Positions 14,301 to 25,400 of a stretch of DNA of 64,000 bases are shown here, one piece after another. Each line of letters starts with the position of its first letter. Position 1 is the stretch's first letter. The position numbers and the translations under genes are program-made. The stretch is taken from NCBI GenBank assembly GCA_038087875.1, contig JAXLNO010000051.1, positions 310,001 to 374,000 on the forward strand, in the 5' to 3' direction. The DNA comes from Malacoraja senta (lineage: Eukaryota). The notes beneath the pieces are model-generated. The model made no database searches and had not been told where the DNA came from. It saw nothing but the letters and a program-made list of their open reading frames with translations.

Positions 14301-15756
14301 AATTCTATACCTTTATTAAACAAATTTTATACCTTTATTAAATATACTGATTAAATTTTGGAAAACACTTCCTTTATCATTAATAGGTAGAATAAATGCT
14401 ATAAAAATGATCTTTCTACCACAACTATTATACCTATGTCAGTCTATACCACTATATATACCAAAATACTTTAAAAAGAATTAGACTCTACTATTACTAA
14501 TTTTATTTGGGATTATAAATCACATAGAATTAAAAAAAAAACGTATTTAAACCAAAAGATGTCGGGGGACATTCACTCCAGAAATGTCTGTATTATTATT
14601 CGGCAGTGCATATTAAGAATATAATTTACTGGTTGGACAGTTCTACCAACAGACAGAATGGATAAAAATGGAGAAAGGGGATTGTTTTCCTTGTAATATA
14701 GGAACGATCCTCTTCTCCCCGAAAAAACTGAACAATACAATATATAAGAAGAACCCAATTATACATGATACAATAAGAATATGGAAACAAATAAAATTAT
14801 CCTTAAAATTAAAAAAATTATCATTGTTAATACCAATAGCGAATAATCCTTTATTTAAACCGTCTCTTATTGACAAAACATATAATCAATGGGAAAGTTT
14901 AGGAATTAAAAGGATCGGGGATGTGTATGAAATGGGAAATGTATTATCATTTCAACAATTACAATTTAAATTTAAATTGAAAAACAACCATTATTTTAAA
15001 TATCTTCAGATTTGCGATTTCACGAAGAAATACATACAAGGATATCAAAAAATAACTCCTGATTTATTGGAAGAAGCAATGAATATTAAAGCTGACGCAC
15101 AAAAATTAATATCATATTTATATAATAGTATTTTAAATATAGACCTACCATCGACAGAGGTACTTAGAGAAGAGTGGGAACGGGAATTAATGATAAAAAT
15201 TACGAAGGTTACATGGGAAAAGTATTTGATATACATTCACAAATGTTCGATTAATGGAAGACATAATCTAGTTCAATTTAAAATTTTACATAGATTATAT
15301 TATTCAAAAAGAAGATTAAATAAATGCTATCCAAATATTACCCCCATTTGCGATAAGTGTTTAACCCAAAACGCAACTATAACACACTCTTTTGTTTCCT
15401 GCATAAAACTTTATAGATTCTGGAGTGATATTTTCGAAATATTTACAAAATTATTTAAGATAAAAATGGAACCTAATAATGAATTGATTATATTTGGGGT
15501 AATGAAAGATGGGAATAAATTGAATTCATCTCCAAATATATTTTTTAATTATGGTTTAATAATAGCAAAAAAATTAAGACTTAAATTTTGGAAAAATACA
15601 CCAATACCAACGCTCAAAATGTGGATTGCAAGTATGTTGGACACCGCACATCTTGAGAAAATGCGATTCCTCCTAATAGATAAATCTGACCAATTCATAA
15701 CGAGTTGGTCTCCATTTGACGTCTTTTTGGAATCATATGGTGCAACACAATTGTAA
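11371..15756 (+). pseudogene. L1 ORF2p remnant (APE endonuclease, RT, C-terminal CCHC)
   Basis: SWNIRG, FLQETH, NIYAP, DFN, SRIDYF, SDH (APE); YRAISLLN, LDAEKAFD, LYADD (RT); CDKC...H...C. Broken into several ORFs. Confidence 0.93.
12736..13308 (+). mobile_element. 5'-truncated CR1 LINE inserted in L1 ORF2, 8-bp TSD AAGAGGAA
   Basis: IEGVQRRFTRLIPGMSGLSYEERLDRLGLYSLEFRRLRGDLIE..TRGHSL..FFTQRVVNLWNSLP; CR1 3'UTR ending TTTCTATGTATCTATGT; AAGAGGAA at 12728-12735 and 13309-13316; the empty site is seen in the paralogous L1 near 42480. Confidence 0.93.
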
Positions 15757-16074
15757 AAGCTAACTGTCTCGTGACTGGGCGAGGGATGGTCAAGATTATA
15801 AATAAGATCTCCTTACTTCTTTTTTCTTTTTCTTCCTTTTTTCTTTTACTCTCTTTCTCCTATTTTCTACTCTTTAACTTTCTTCTTTCATTCTCTATTC
15901 TTCTTCTCCACACACTATATATCTCACGTTTTTCTATACTTTATTATCTAATTTATTTTTATTTTTCTTCTATACTATAATAAAAAATAAGAAGCTGTAC
16001 ATAACATGTATTATGAAAATATGATTGTATACAATTGTACTTACTTCTAATAAAATTAAAATATTTAAAAAAAA

Positions 16075-18293
16075 GAATTCGAGTTCGAGTTCGATTTCGA
16101 GTTCGAGATAGAGTTCGTGAAAGAGTTCGAGTTCAATTCTCCGCCCGTAAGTCGAAATCCAACTCGAGTTCGAGATCGAATTCGAGTTCCAGTTCGAGAT
16201 AGATTTCGAGTTCGAGATGGAGTTCGAGGTCGAGATAGTTCGAGTTTGAATTCGAGTTTTAGCTAGAGATAGAGTTCGAGTTCAAGATAGAGTTCGAGTT
16301 CAAGATAGAGTTCCAGATTGAGATCGAGTTAGAGATAGAGTACGAGTTCGAGTTTTGGTTAGAGAGAGAGAGAGATCGAGATAGAGTTCGAGTTCGAATT
16401 CGAGTTCGAGTTCGAATAGAATAGGAGATTGAGTTCGAGATAGTTCGAGATCGGGATAGAGATCGAGATCGAGTTCGAGTTAGAGAGAGAGTTCCATATA
16501 GTGTTCGAATACAAGATAATTCGAGTTCGAGTTCGAGTTCGCGTTCGAGATATTTCGAGATAGAGTTCGATTTCGAATTCGAGTTTTAGCTAGAAATAGT
16601 TCGAGTTCAAGATAGCTTTCGAGTTGGAGTTCCGCCCGCAAGTCGAACTCGAGCTCGAGTTTGAGATCGAGTTCGAGATGGAGATGGAGATAAAGTTCGA
16701 GTTCGAGATAGAGTTCGTGATAGAGTTGGAGTTCGAGTTCAAGTTTGAGCTCGAGTTCGAGTTAAATGAATGAATGAATGAATAAATTTATTGGCAAAGT
16801 ATTCACATATAAGGTGTTTGCCTTGGTGCTCCGCCCGTAAGTCGAAATCCAACTCGGGTTCGAGATCGAATTCGAGTTCGAGTTCGAGATAGATTTCGAG
16901 TTCGAGATAAAGTTCGAGGTCGAGATAGTTCGAGTACGGATTCGAGTTTTAGCTGGAGATAGTTCGAGTTCAAGATAAAGTTCGAGTTCGAGATCGAGTT
17001 TGAGATCGAGTTCGCGTTCGAGATAGTTTGAGATCGAGTTCGCTTTCGCGATTGTTCGAGATAGAGGTCGAGATAGAGTTCGAGATTGAGTTCGAGCTAG
17101 AGTACGAGTTCCAGCTCGAGTTCGAGTTGAATGAATGAATAAATGGTTGAATGACTGAATGAATGAATGTATGAATGAATTAATTTACTGGCCAAGTATT
17201 CACATACAAGGAATTTGCCTTGTAGGTACGCCAGTAAGTCGAACTCCAACCCGAGTTCGAGATAGAGTTCGAGATGGAGTACGAGTTCGAGTTCAAGTTC
17301 AGGTTCGAGTTCGAGTTCGAGTTAAATGAATGAATGAATGAATGAATGAATAAGTTTATTGGCCAAGTATTCACATACTAGGTGTTTGCCTCAGTGCGCC
17401 GCCCGTAAGTCGAAATCCAACGAGTTCGAGATCGAATTCGAGTTCGAGTTCGAGATCGAGATCGAGTTCGAGATAGAGTTCGCGTTTGAGTTCGAGAGCG
17501 AGTTCGAGTTCGAGTTGACCGAATGAATGAATGAATTAATACGTTCACTGGCCATGTATTCACATACACGGAATTTGCCTTGGTGCTCCGCCCGCAAGTC
17601 GAACTCCAACTCGATTTTGCGATCCGAGAGAGTACGAGTTCGAGTGCGAGTTCGAGAGCTAGTTCGAGTTCGAGATAGAGTTCGTCATCGAGTTCGAGTT
17701 CTAGTTGAAGTTGGAGTTGGAGTTGGAGTTCGATATAGAGTTCGAGTTCGAAATAGTTCGAGTTCGACATAGAGTTCGGGTTCAGTTCAAGTTCGAGCTC
17801 GAGCAACGAGCTCGAGTTAAATGAATGAATGAATGAATACGTTTCTTGGCCAATATTCACATACAAGGAATTTGCCTTGGTACTCCGCCCGTAACTCGAA
17901 CTCCAACTCGAGTTCTAGATCGAATTCGAGTTCGAGTTCGAGATAGATTTCGAGTTCCAGTTCGAATTCGAGTTCGAGATAGATTTCGAGTTCGAGATAG
18001 AGTTCGAGGTCGAGATAGTTCGAGTTTGAATTCGAGTTTTAACTAGAGATAGAGTTCGAGTTCAAGATAGAGTTACAGTTTGAGATCGAGTTTTAGATCG
18101 AGTTCGCGTTCGAGATAGATCGAGATAGAGTTCGAGTTCGAGAGAGAGTTCGAGATAGTTCGAGTTCGAGCTAAGAGTTCGAGTTAGAGATAGAGTATGT
18201 TCGAGTTTTGGTTAGAGAGAGAGCGATCGAGATAGAGTTCGAGTTCGAATTCAAGATCGAGTTCTAGATAGAATAAGAGTTCTAGTTCGAGAT
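16075..18293 (-). repeat. Composite satellite block (GAGTTC on +)
   Basis: Hexamer array with 5 full cores and 2 truncated core remnants (~16140, ~16630). Confidence 0.93.
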
Positions 18294-19281
18294 AAAAATT
18301 AATATCATATTTATATAATAGTATTTTAAATATAGACCTACCATCGACAGAGGTACTTAGAGAAGAGTGGGAACGGGAATTAATGATAAAAATTACGAAG
18401 GTTACATGGGAAAAGTATTTGATATACATTCACCAATGTTCGATTAATGGAAGACATAATCTAGTTCAATTTAAAATTTTACATAGATTATATTATTCAA
18501 AATTCGCAAATTTACATAGATTATATTATTCAAAATTCCAAATATATCCCCCATTTGCGATAAGTGTTTAACCCAAAACGCAACTATAACACACTCTTTT
18601 GTTTCCTGCATAAAACTTTATAGATTCTGGAGTGATATTTTCGAAATATTTACAAAATTATTTAAGATAAAAATGGAACCTAATAATGAATTGATTATAT
18701 TTGGGGTAATGGAAGATGGGAATAAATTGAATTCATCTCAAAATTTATTTTTTAATTATGGTTTAATAATAGCAAAAAAATTAAGACTTAAATTTTGGAA
18801 AAATACACCAATACCAACGCTCAAAATGTGGATTGCAAGTATGTTGGACACCGCACATCTTGAGAAAATGCGATTCCTCCTAATAGATAAATCTGACCAA
18901 TTCATAACGAGTTGGTCTCCATTTGACGTCTTTTTGGAATCATATGGTGCAACACAATTGTAAAAGCTAACTGTCTCGTGACTGGGCGAGGGATGGTCAA
19001 GATTATAAATAAGATCTCCTTACTTCTTTTTTCTTTTTCTTCCTTTTTTCTTTTACTCTCTTTCTCCTATTTTCTACTCTTTAACTTTCTTCTTTCATTC
19101 TCTATTCTTCTTCTCCACACACTATATATCTCACGTTTTTCTATACTTTATTATCTATTTTTTTTTTATTTTTCTTCTATACTATAATAAAAAATAAGAA
19201 GCTGTACATAACATGTATTATGAAAATATGATTGTATACAATTGTACTTACTTCTAATAAAATTAAAATATAAAAAAAAAA
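18294..19281 (+). mobile_element. L1 3'-end fragment, copy of 15101-16074
   Basis: Near-identical to the L1 3' end (..FLESYGATQL*, 3'UTR, AATAAA, poly-A) with the same downstream flank. Confidence 0.93.
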
Positions 19282-21499
19282 GAATTCGAGTTCGATTTCG
19301 ATTTCGAGTTCGAGATAGAGTTCGTGAAAGAGTTCGAGTTCAATTCTCCGCCCGTAAATCGAAATCCAACTCGAGTTCGAGATCGAATTCGAGTTCCAGT
19401 TCGAGATAGATTTCGAGTTCGAGATAGAGTTCGAGGTCGAGATAGTTCGAGTTTGAATTCGAGTTTTAGCTAGAGATAGAGTTCGAGTTCAAGATAGAGT
19501 TCCAGTTTGAGATCGAGTTAGAGATAGAGTACGAGTTCGAGTTTTGGTTAAAGAGAGCGAGAGATCGAGATAGAGTTCGAGTTCGAATTCGAGTTCGAGT
19601 TCGAGATAGAATAAGAGATTGAGTTCGAGATAGTTCGAGATCGAGATAGAGATCGAGATCGAGTTCGAGTTAGAGAGAGAGTTCCATATAGTGTTCGAAT
19701 ACAAGATAATTCGAGTTCGAGTTCGAGTTCGCGTTCGAGATAGTTCGAGATAGAGTTCGAGTTCGAATTCGAGTTTTAGCTAGAAATAGTTCGAGTTCAA
19801 GATAGCTTTCGAGTTGGAGTTCCGCCCGCAAGTCGAACTCGAGCTCGAGTTTGAGATCGAGTTCGAGATGGAGATGGAGATAGAGTTCGAGTTCGAGATA
19901 AAGTTCGTGATAGAGTTGGAGTTCGAGTTCAAGTTTGAGCTCGAGTTCGAGTTAAATGAATGAATGAATGAATACGTTTATTGGCAAAGTATTCACATAC
20001 TAGGTGTTTGCCTTGGTGCTCCGCCCGTAAGTCGAAATCCAACTCGGGTTCGAGATCGAATTCGTGTTCGAGTTCGAGATAGATTTCGAGTTCGAGATAA
20101 AGTTCGAGGTCGAGATAGTTCGAGTTCGGATTCGAGTTTTAGCTGGAGATAGTTCGTTCAAGATAGAGTTCGAGTTCAAGATAAAGTTCGAGTTCGAGAT
20201 CGAGTTTGAGATCGAGTTCGCGTTCGAGATAGTTTGAGATCGAGTTCGCGTTCGCGATAGTTCGAGATAGAGGTCGAGATAGAGTTCGAGATTGAGTTCG
20301 AGCTAGAGTACGAGTTCCAGCTCGAGTTCGAGTTGAATGAATGAATAAATGGTTGAATGACTGAATGAATGAATGTATGAATGAATTAATTTACTGGCCA
20401 AGTATTGACATACAAGGAATTTGCCTTGTAGGTACGCCAGTAAGTCGAACTCCAACCCGAGATCGAGATAGAGTTCGAGATGGAGTACGAGTTCGAGTTC
20501 AAGTTCAGGTTCGAGCTCGAGTTCGAGTTAAATGAATGAATGAATGAATGAATGAATATGTTTATTGGCCAAGTATTCACATACTAGGTGTTTGCCTCGG
20601 TGCTCCGCCCGTAAGTCGAAATCCAACGAGTTCGAGATCGAATTCGAGTTCGAGTTCGAGATCGAGATCGAGTTCGAGATAGAGTTCGCGTTTGAGTTCG
20701 AGAGCGAGTTCGAGTTCGAGTTGACCGAATGAATGAATGAATTAATACGTTCACTGGCCATGTATTCACATACAGGGAATTTGCCTTGGTGCTCCGCCCG
20801 CAAGTCGAACTCCAACTCGATTTTGCGATCCGAGAGAGTACGAGTTCGAGTGCGAGTTCGAGAGCTAGTTCGAGTTCGAGATAGAGTTCGTCATCGAGTT
20901 CGAGTTCTAGTTGAAGTTGGAGTTGGAGTTGGAGTTCGATATAGAGTTCGAGTTCGAGATAGTTCGAGTTCGAGATAGAGTTCGGGTTCAGTTCAAGTTC
21001 GAGCTCGAGCAACGAGCTCGAGTTAAATGAATGAATGAATGAATACGTTTCTTGGCCAATATTCACATACAAGGAATTTGCCTTGGTGCTCCGCCCGTAA
21101 CTCGAACTCCAACTCGAGTTCTAGATCGAATTCGAGTTCGAGTTCGAGATAGATTTCGAGTTCCAGTTCGAATTCGAGTTCGAGATAGATTTCGAGTTCG
21201 AGATAGAGTTCGAGGTCGAGATAGTTCGAGTTTGAATTCGAGTTTTAGCTAGAGATAGAGTTCGAGTTCAAGATAGAGTTACAGTTTGAGATCGAGTTTT
21301 AGATCGAGTTCGCGTTCGAGATAGATCGAGATAGAGTTCGAGTTCGAGAGAGAGTTCGAGATAGTTCGAGTTCGAGCTAAGAGTTCGAGTTAGAGATAGA
21401 GTACGTTCGAGTTTTGGTTAGAGAGAGAGCGATCGAGATAGAGTTCGAGTTTGAATTCAAGATCGAGTTCTAGATAGAATAAGAGTTCTAGTTCGAGAT
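19282..21499 (-). repeat. Composite satellite block, copy of 16075-18293
   Basis: Same core variants in the same order at an offset of ~3206 (ORF 17378 vs 20584). Confidence 0.93.
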
Positions 21500-22473
21500 A
21501 AAAATTAATATCATATTTATATAATAGTATTTTAAATATAGACCTACCATCGACAGAGGTACTTAGAGAAGAGTGGGAACGGGAATTAATGATAACAATT
21601 ACGAAAGTTACATGGGAAAAGTATTTGATATACATTCACAAATGTTCGATTAATGGAAGACATAATCTAGTTCAATTTAAATTTTTACATAGATTATATT
21701 ATTCAAAAAGAAGATTAAATAAATTCTATCCAAATATATCCCCCATTTGCGATAAGTGTTTAACCCAAAACGCAACTATAACGCACTCTTTTGTTTCCTC
21801 CATAAAACTTTATAGATTCTGGAGTGATATTTTCGAAATATTTACAAAATTATTTAAGATAAAAATGGAACCTAATAATGAATTGATTATATTTGGGGTA
21901 ATGGAAGATGGGAATAAATTGAATTCATCTCAAAATTTATTTTTTAATTATGGTTTAATAATAGCAAAAAAATTAATACTTAAATTTTGGAAAAATACAC
22001 CAATACCAACGCTCAAAATGTGGATTGCAAGTATGTTGGACACCGCACATCTTGAGAAACTGCGATTCCTCCTGATAGATAAATCTGACCAATTCATAAC
22101 GAGTTGGTCTCCATTTGACGTCTTTTTGGAATCATATGGTGCAACACAATTGTAAAAGCTAACTGTCTCGTGACTGGGCGAGGGATGGTCAAGATTATAA
22201 ATAAGATCTCCTTACTTCTTTTTTCTTTTTCTTCCTTTTTCTTTTACTCTCTTTCTCCTATTTTCTACTCTTTAACTTTCTTCTTTCATTCTCTATTCTT
22301 CTTCTCCACACACTATATATCTCACGTTTTTCTATACTTTATTATCTAATTTATTTTTATTTTTCTTCTATACTATAATAAAAAATAAGAAGCTGTACAT
22401 AACATGTATTATGAAAATATGATTGTATACAATCGTACTTACTTCTAATAAAATTAAAATATTAAAAAAAAAA
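21500..22473 (+). mobile_element. L1 3'-end fragment, third copy
   Basis: Same 5' junction TTCGAGATAAAAATTAATATC as at 18294; ORF 21589..22155 is the ORF2 C-terminus. Confidence 0.93.
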
Positions 22474-25400
22474 GAATTCGAGTTCGATTTCGATTTCGAG
22501 TTCGAGATAGAGTTCGTGAAAGAGTTCGAGTTCAATTCTCCGCCCGTAAGTCGAAATCCAACTCGAGTTCGAGATCGAATTCGAGTTCCAGTTCGAGATA
22601 GATTTCGAGTTCGAGATAGAGTTCGAGGTCGAGATAGTTCGAGTTTGAATTCGAGTTTTAGCTAGAGATAGAGTTCGAGTTCAAGATAGAGATCGAGTTC
22701 AAGATAGAGTTCCAGTTTGAGATCGAGTTAGAGATAGAGTACGAGTTCGAGTTTTGGTTAGAGAGAGAGAGAGATCGAGACAGAGTTCGAGTTCGAATTC
22801 GAGTTCGAGTTCGAGATAGAATAAGAGATTGAGTTCTAGATAGTTCGAGATCGAGATAGAGATCGAGATCGAGTTCGAGTTAGAGAGAGAGTTCCATATA
22901 GTGTTCGAATACAAGATAGTTCGAGTTCGAGTTCGAGTTCGCGTTCGAAATAGTTCGAGATAGAGTTCGAGTTCGAATTCGAGTTTTAGCTAGAAATAGT
23001 TCGAGTTCAAGATAGCTTTCGTGTTGGAGTTCCGCCTGCAAGTCGAACTCGAGCTCGCGTTTGAGATCGAGTTCGAGATGGAGATGGAGATAAAGTTCGA
23101 GTTCGAGATATTCGTGATAGAGTTGGAGTTCGAGTTCAAGTTTGAGCTCGAGTTCGAGTTAAATGAATGAATGAATGAATAAGTTTATTGGCAAAGTATT
23201 CACATACTAGGTGTTTGCCTTGGTGCACCGCCCATAAGTCGAAATCCAACTCGGGTTCGAGATCGAATTCGAGTTCGAGTTCGAGATAGATTTCGAGTTC
23301 GAGATAAAGTTCGAGGTCGAGATAGTTCGAGTTCGGATTCGCGTTTTAGCTGGAGATAGTTCGTTCAAGATAGAGTTCGTGATCAAGATAAAGTTCGAGT
23401 TCGAGATCGAGTTTGAGATCGAGTTCGCGTTCGAGATAGTTTGAGATCGATTTCGCGTTCGCGATAGTTCGAGATAGAGGTCGAGATAGAGGTCGAGATT
23501 GAGTTCGAGCTAGAGTACGAGTTCCAGCTCGAGTTCGAGTTAGAGTTGGAGTTCGAGTTCAATGAATGAATAAATGGTTGAATGAATGAATGAATGAATG
23601 TATGAATGAATTAATTTATTGGCCAAGTATTCACATACAAGGAATTTGCCTTGTAGGTACGCCAGCAAGTCGAACTCCAACCCAAGTTCGAGATAGAGTT
23701 CGAGATGGAGTACGAGTTCGAGTTCAAGTTCAGGTTCGAGCTCGAGTTCGAGTTAAATGAACGAATGAATGAATGAATGAACAAGGTTATTGGCCAAGTA
23801 TTCACATACTAGGTGTTTGCCTCGGTGCTCCGCCCGTAAGTCGAAATCCAACGAGTTCGAGATCGAATTCGAGTTCGAGTTCGAGATCGAGATCGAGTTC
23901 GAGATAGGGTTCGCGTTTGAGTTCGAGAGCGAGTTCGAGTTCGAGTTGACTGAATGAATGAATTAATTAATACGTTCACTGGCCATGTATTCACATACAC
24001 GGAATTTGCCTTGGTGCTCCGCCCGCAAGTCAAACTCCAACTCGATTTTGCGATCCGAGAGAGTACGAGTTCGAGTGCGAGTTCGAGAGCTAGTTCGAGT
24101 TCGAGATAGAGTTCGTCATCGACTTCGAGTTCTAGTTGAAGTTGGAGTTGGAGTTCGATATAGAGTTCGTTCGAGATAGTTCGAGTTCGAGATAGAGTTC
24201 GGGTTCAGTTCAAGTTCGAGCTCGAGCAACGAGCTCGAGTTAAATGAATGAATGAATGTATACGTTTATTGGCCAATATTCACATACAAGGAATTTGCCT
24301 TGGTGCTCCGCCCGTAACTCGAACTCCAACTCGAGTTCTAGAACGAATTCGAGTTCGAGTTCGAGATAGATTTCGAGTTCCAGTTCGAATCCGAGTTCGA
24401 GATAGATTTCGAGTTCGAGATAGAGTTTGAGGTCGAGATAGTTCGAGTTTGAATTCGAGTTTTAGCTAGAGATAGAGTTCGAGTTCAAGATAGAGTTCCA
24501 GTTTGAGATCGAGTTTTAGATCGAGATCGCGTTCGAGATAGATCGAGATAGAGTTCGAGTTCGAGAGAGAGTTCGAGATAGTTCGAGTTCGAGCTAAGAG
24601 TTCGAGTTAGAGATAGAGTACGTTCGAGTTTTGGTTAGAGAGAGAGCGATCGAGATAGAGTTCGAGTTCGAATTCAAGATCGAGTTCGAGATAGAATAAG
24701 AGTTCTAGTTCGAGATAGAATTCGAGTTCGAGTTCGTTCGAGATCGAGTTCGAGTTGAATGAATGAAAGGATGTATAAGTTTATTGACTAAGTATTCACC
24801 AAGTTTATTGGGCAAGATTTAAGCCTTGGTTCTCCGCCCGAAAGTCGAACCGGAACTCGAGTTCGCGATAGTTCGAGTTCGAGATAGGGTTCGAGATTGA
24901 GATAGAGATCGAGATCGAGTTCGAGAGAGAGTTCGCGATAGATTTCGAGATAAATTTCCAGTTCGAGATAGCGTTCGAGTTCGAGATTGAGTTCGAGATA
25001 GAGTTCGAGATCGAGATAGAGATCGAGATCGAGTTCGAGTTAGAGAGAGTTCCATATAGAGTTCGAATACAAGATAGTTCGAGTCGAGTACGAGTTCGCG
25101 TTCGAGATAGTTCGAGATAGTTCGAGTTCGAATTCGAGTTTTAGCTAGAAATAGTTCGAGTTCAAGATAGCTTTCGAGTTCGAGTTCAAACTAGTTCGAG
25201 TTCGAGATCGAGATCGAGTTTGAGATCGAGTTCGCGTTCGAGATAGTTCGAGAGAGAGTTCGAGATAGAGTTCAAGTTCGAGAGAGAGTTCGAGATATTT
25301 CGAGTTCGAGATAAGTGTTCGAGTTCGAGATAGTTCGAGTTCGAGATAGAATACGAGTTCGAGTTCGAGATTTAGTTAGAGAGAGAGTTCGAGATAGAGT

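Larger units (their letters stand above)
9031..16074 (+). mobile_element. Full-length but inactivated L1-clade LINE (5'UTR, ORF1, long spacer, ORF2, 3'UTR, poly-A), interrupted by a CR1
   Basis: Starts GGACTTCCGATGGCGCTATGG; ORF1 and ORF2 remnants present; T-rich 3'UTR; AATAAA at 16049-16054 and A-run ending at 16074. Confidence 0.93.

Noticed and set aside
15771..15980. Hydrophobic F/L/S-rich ORFs (15771, 18978, 39896, 58226) as membrane peptides
   Set aside because: They are translations of T-rich L1 3'UTRs.
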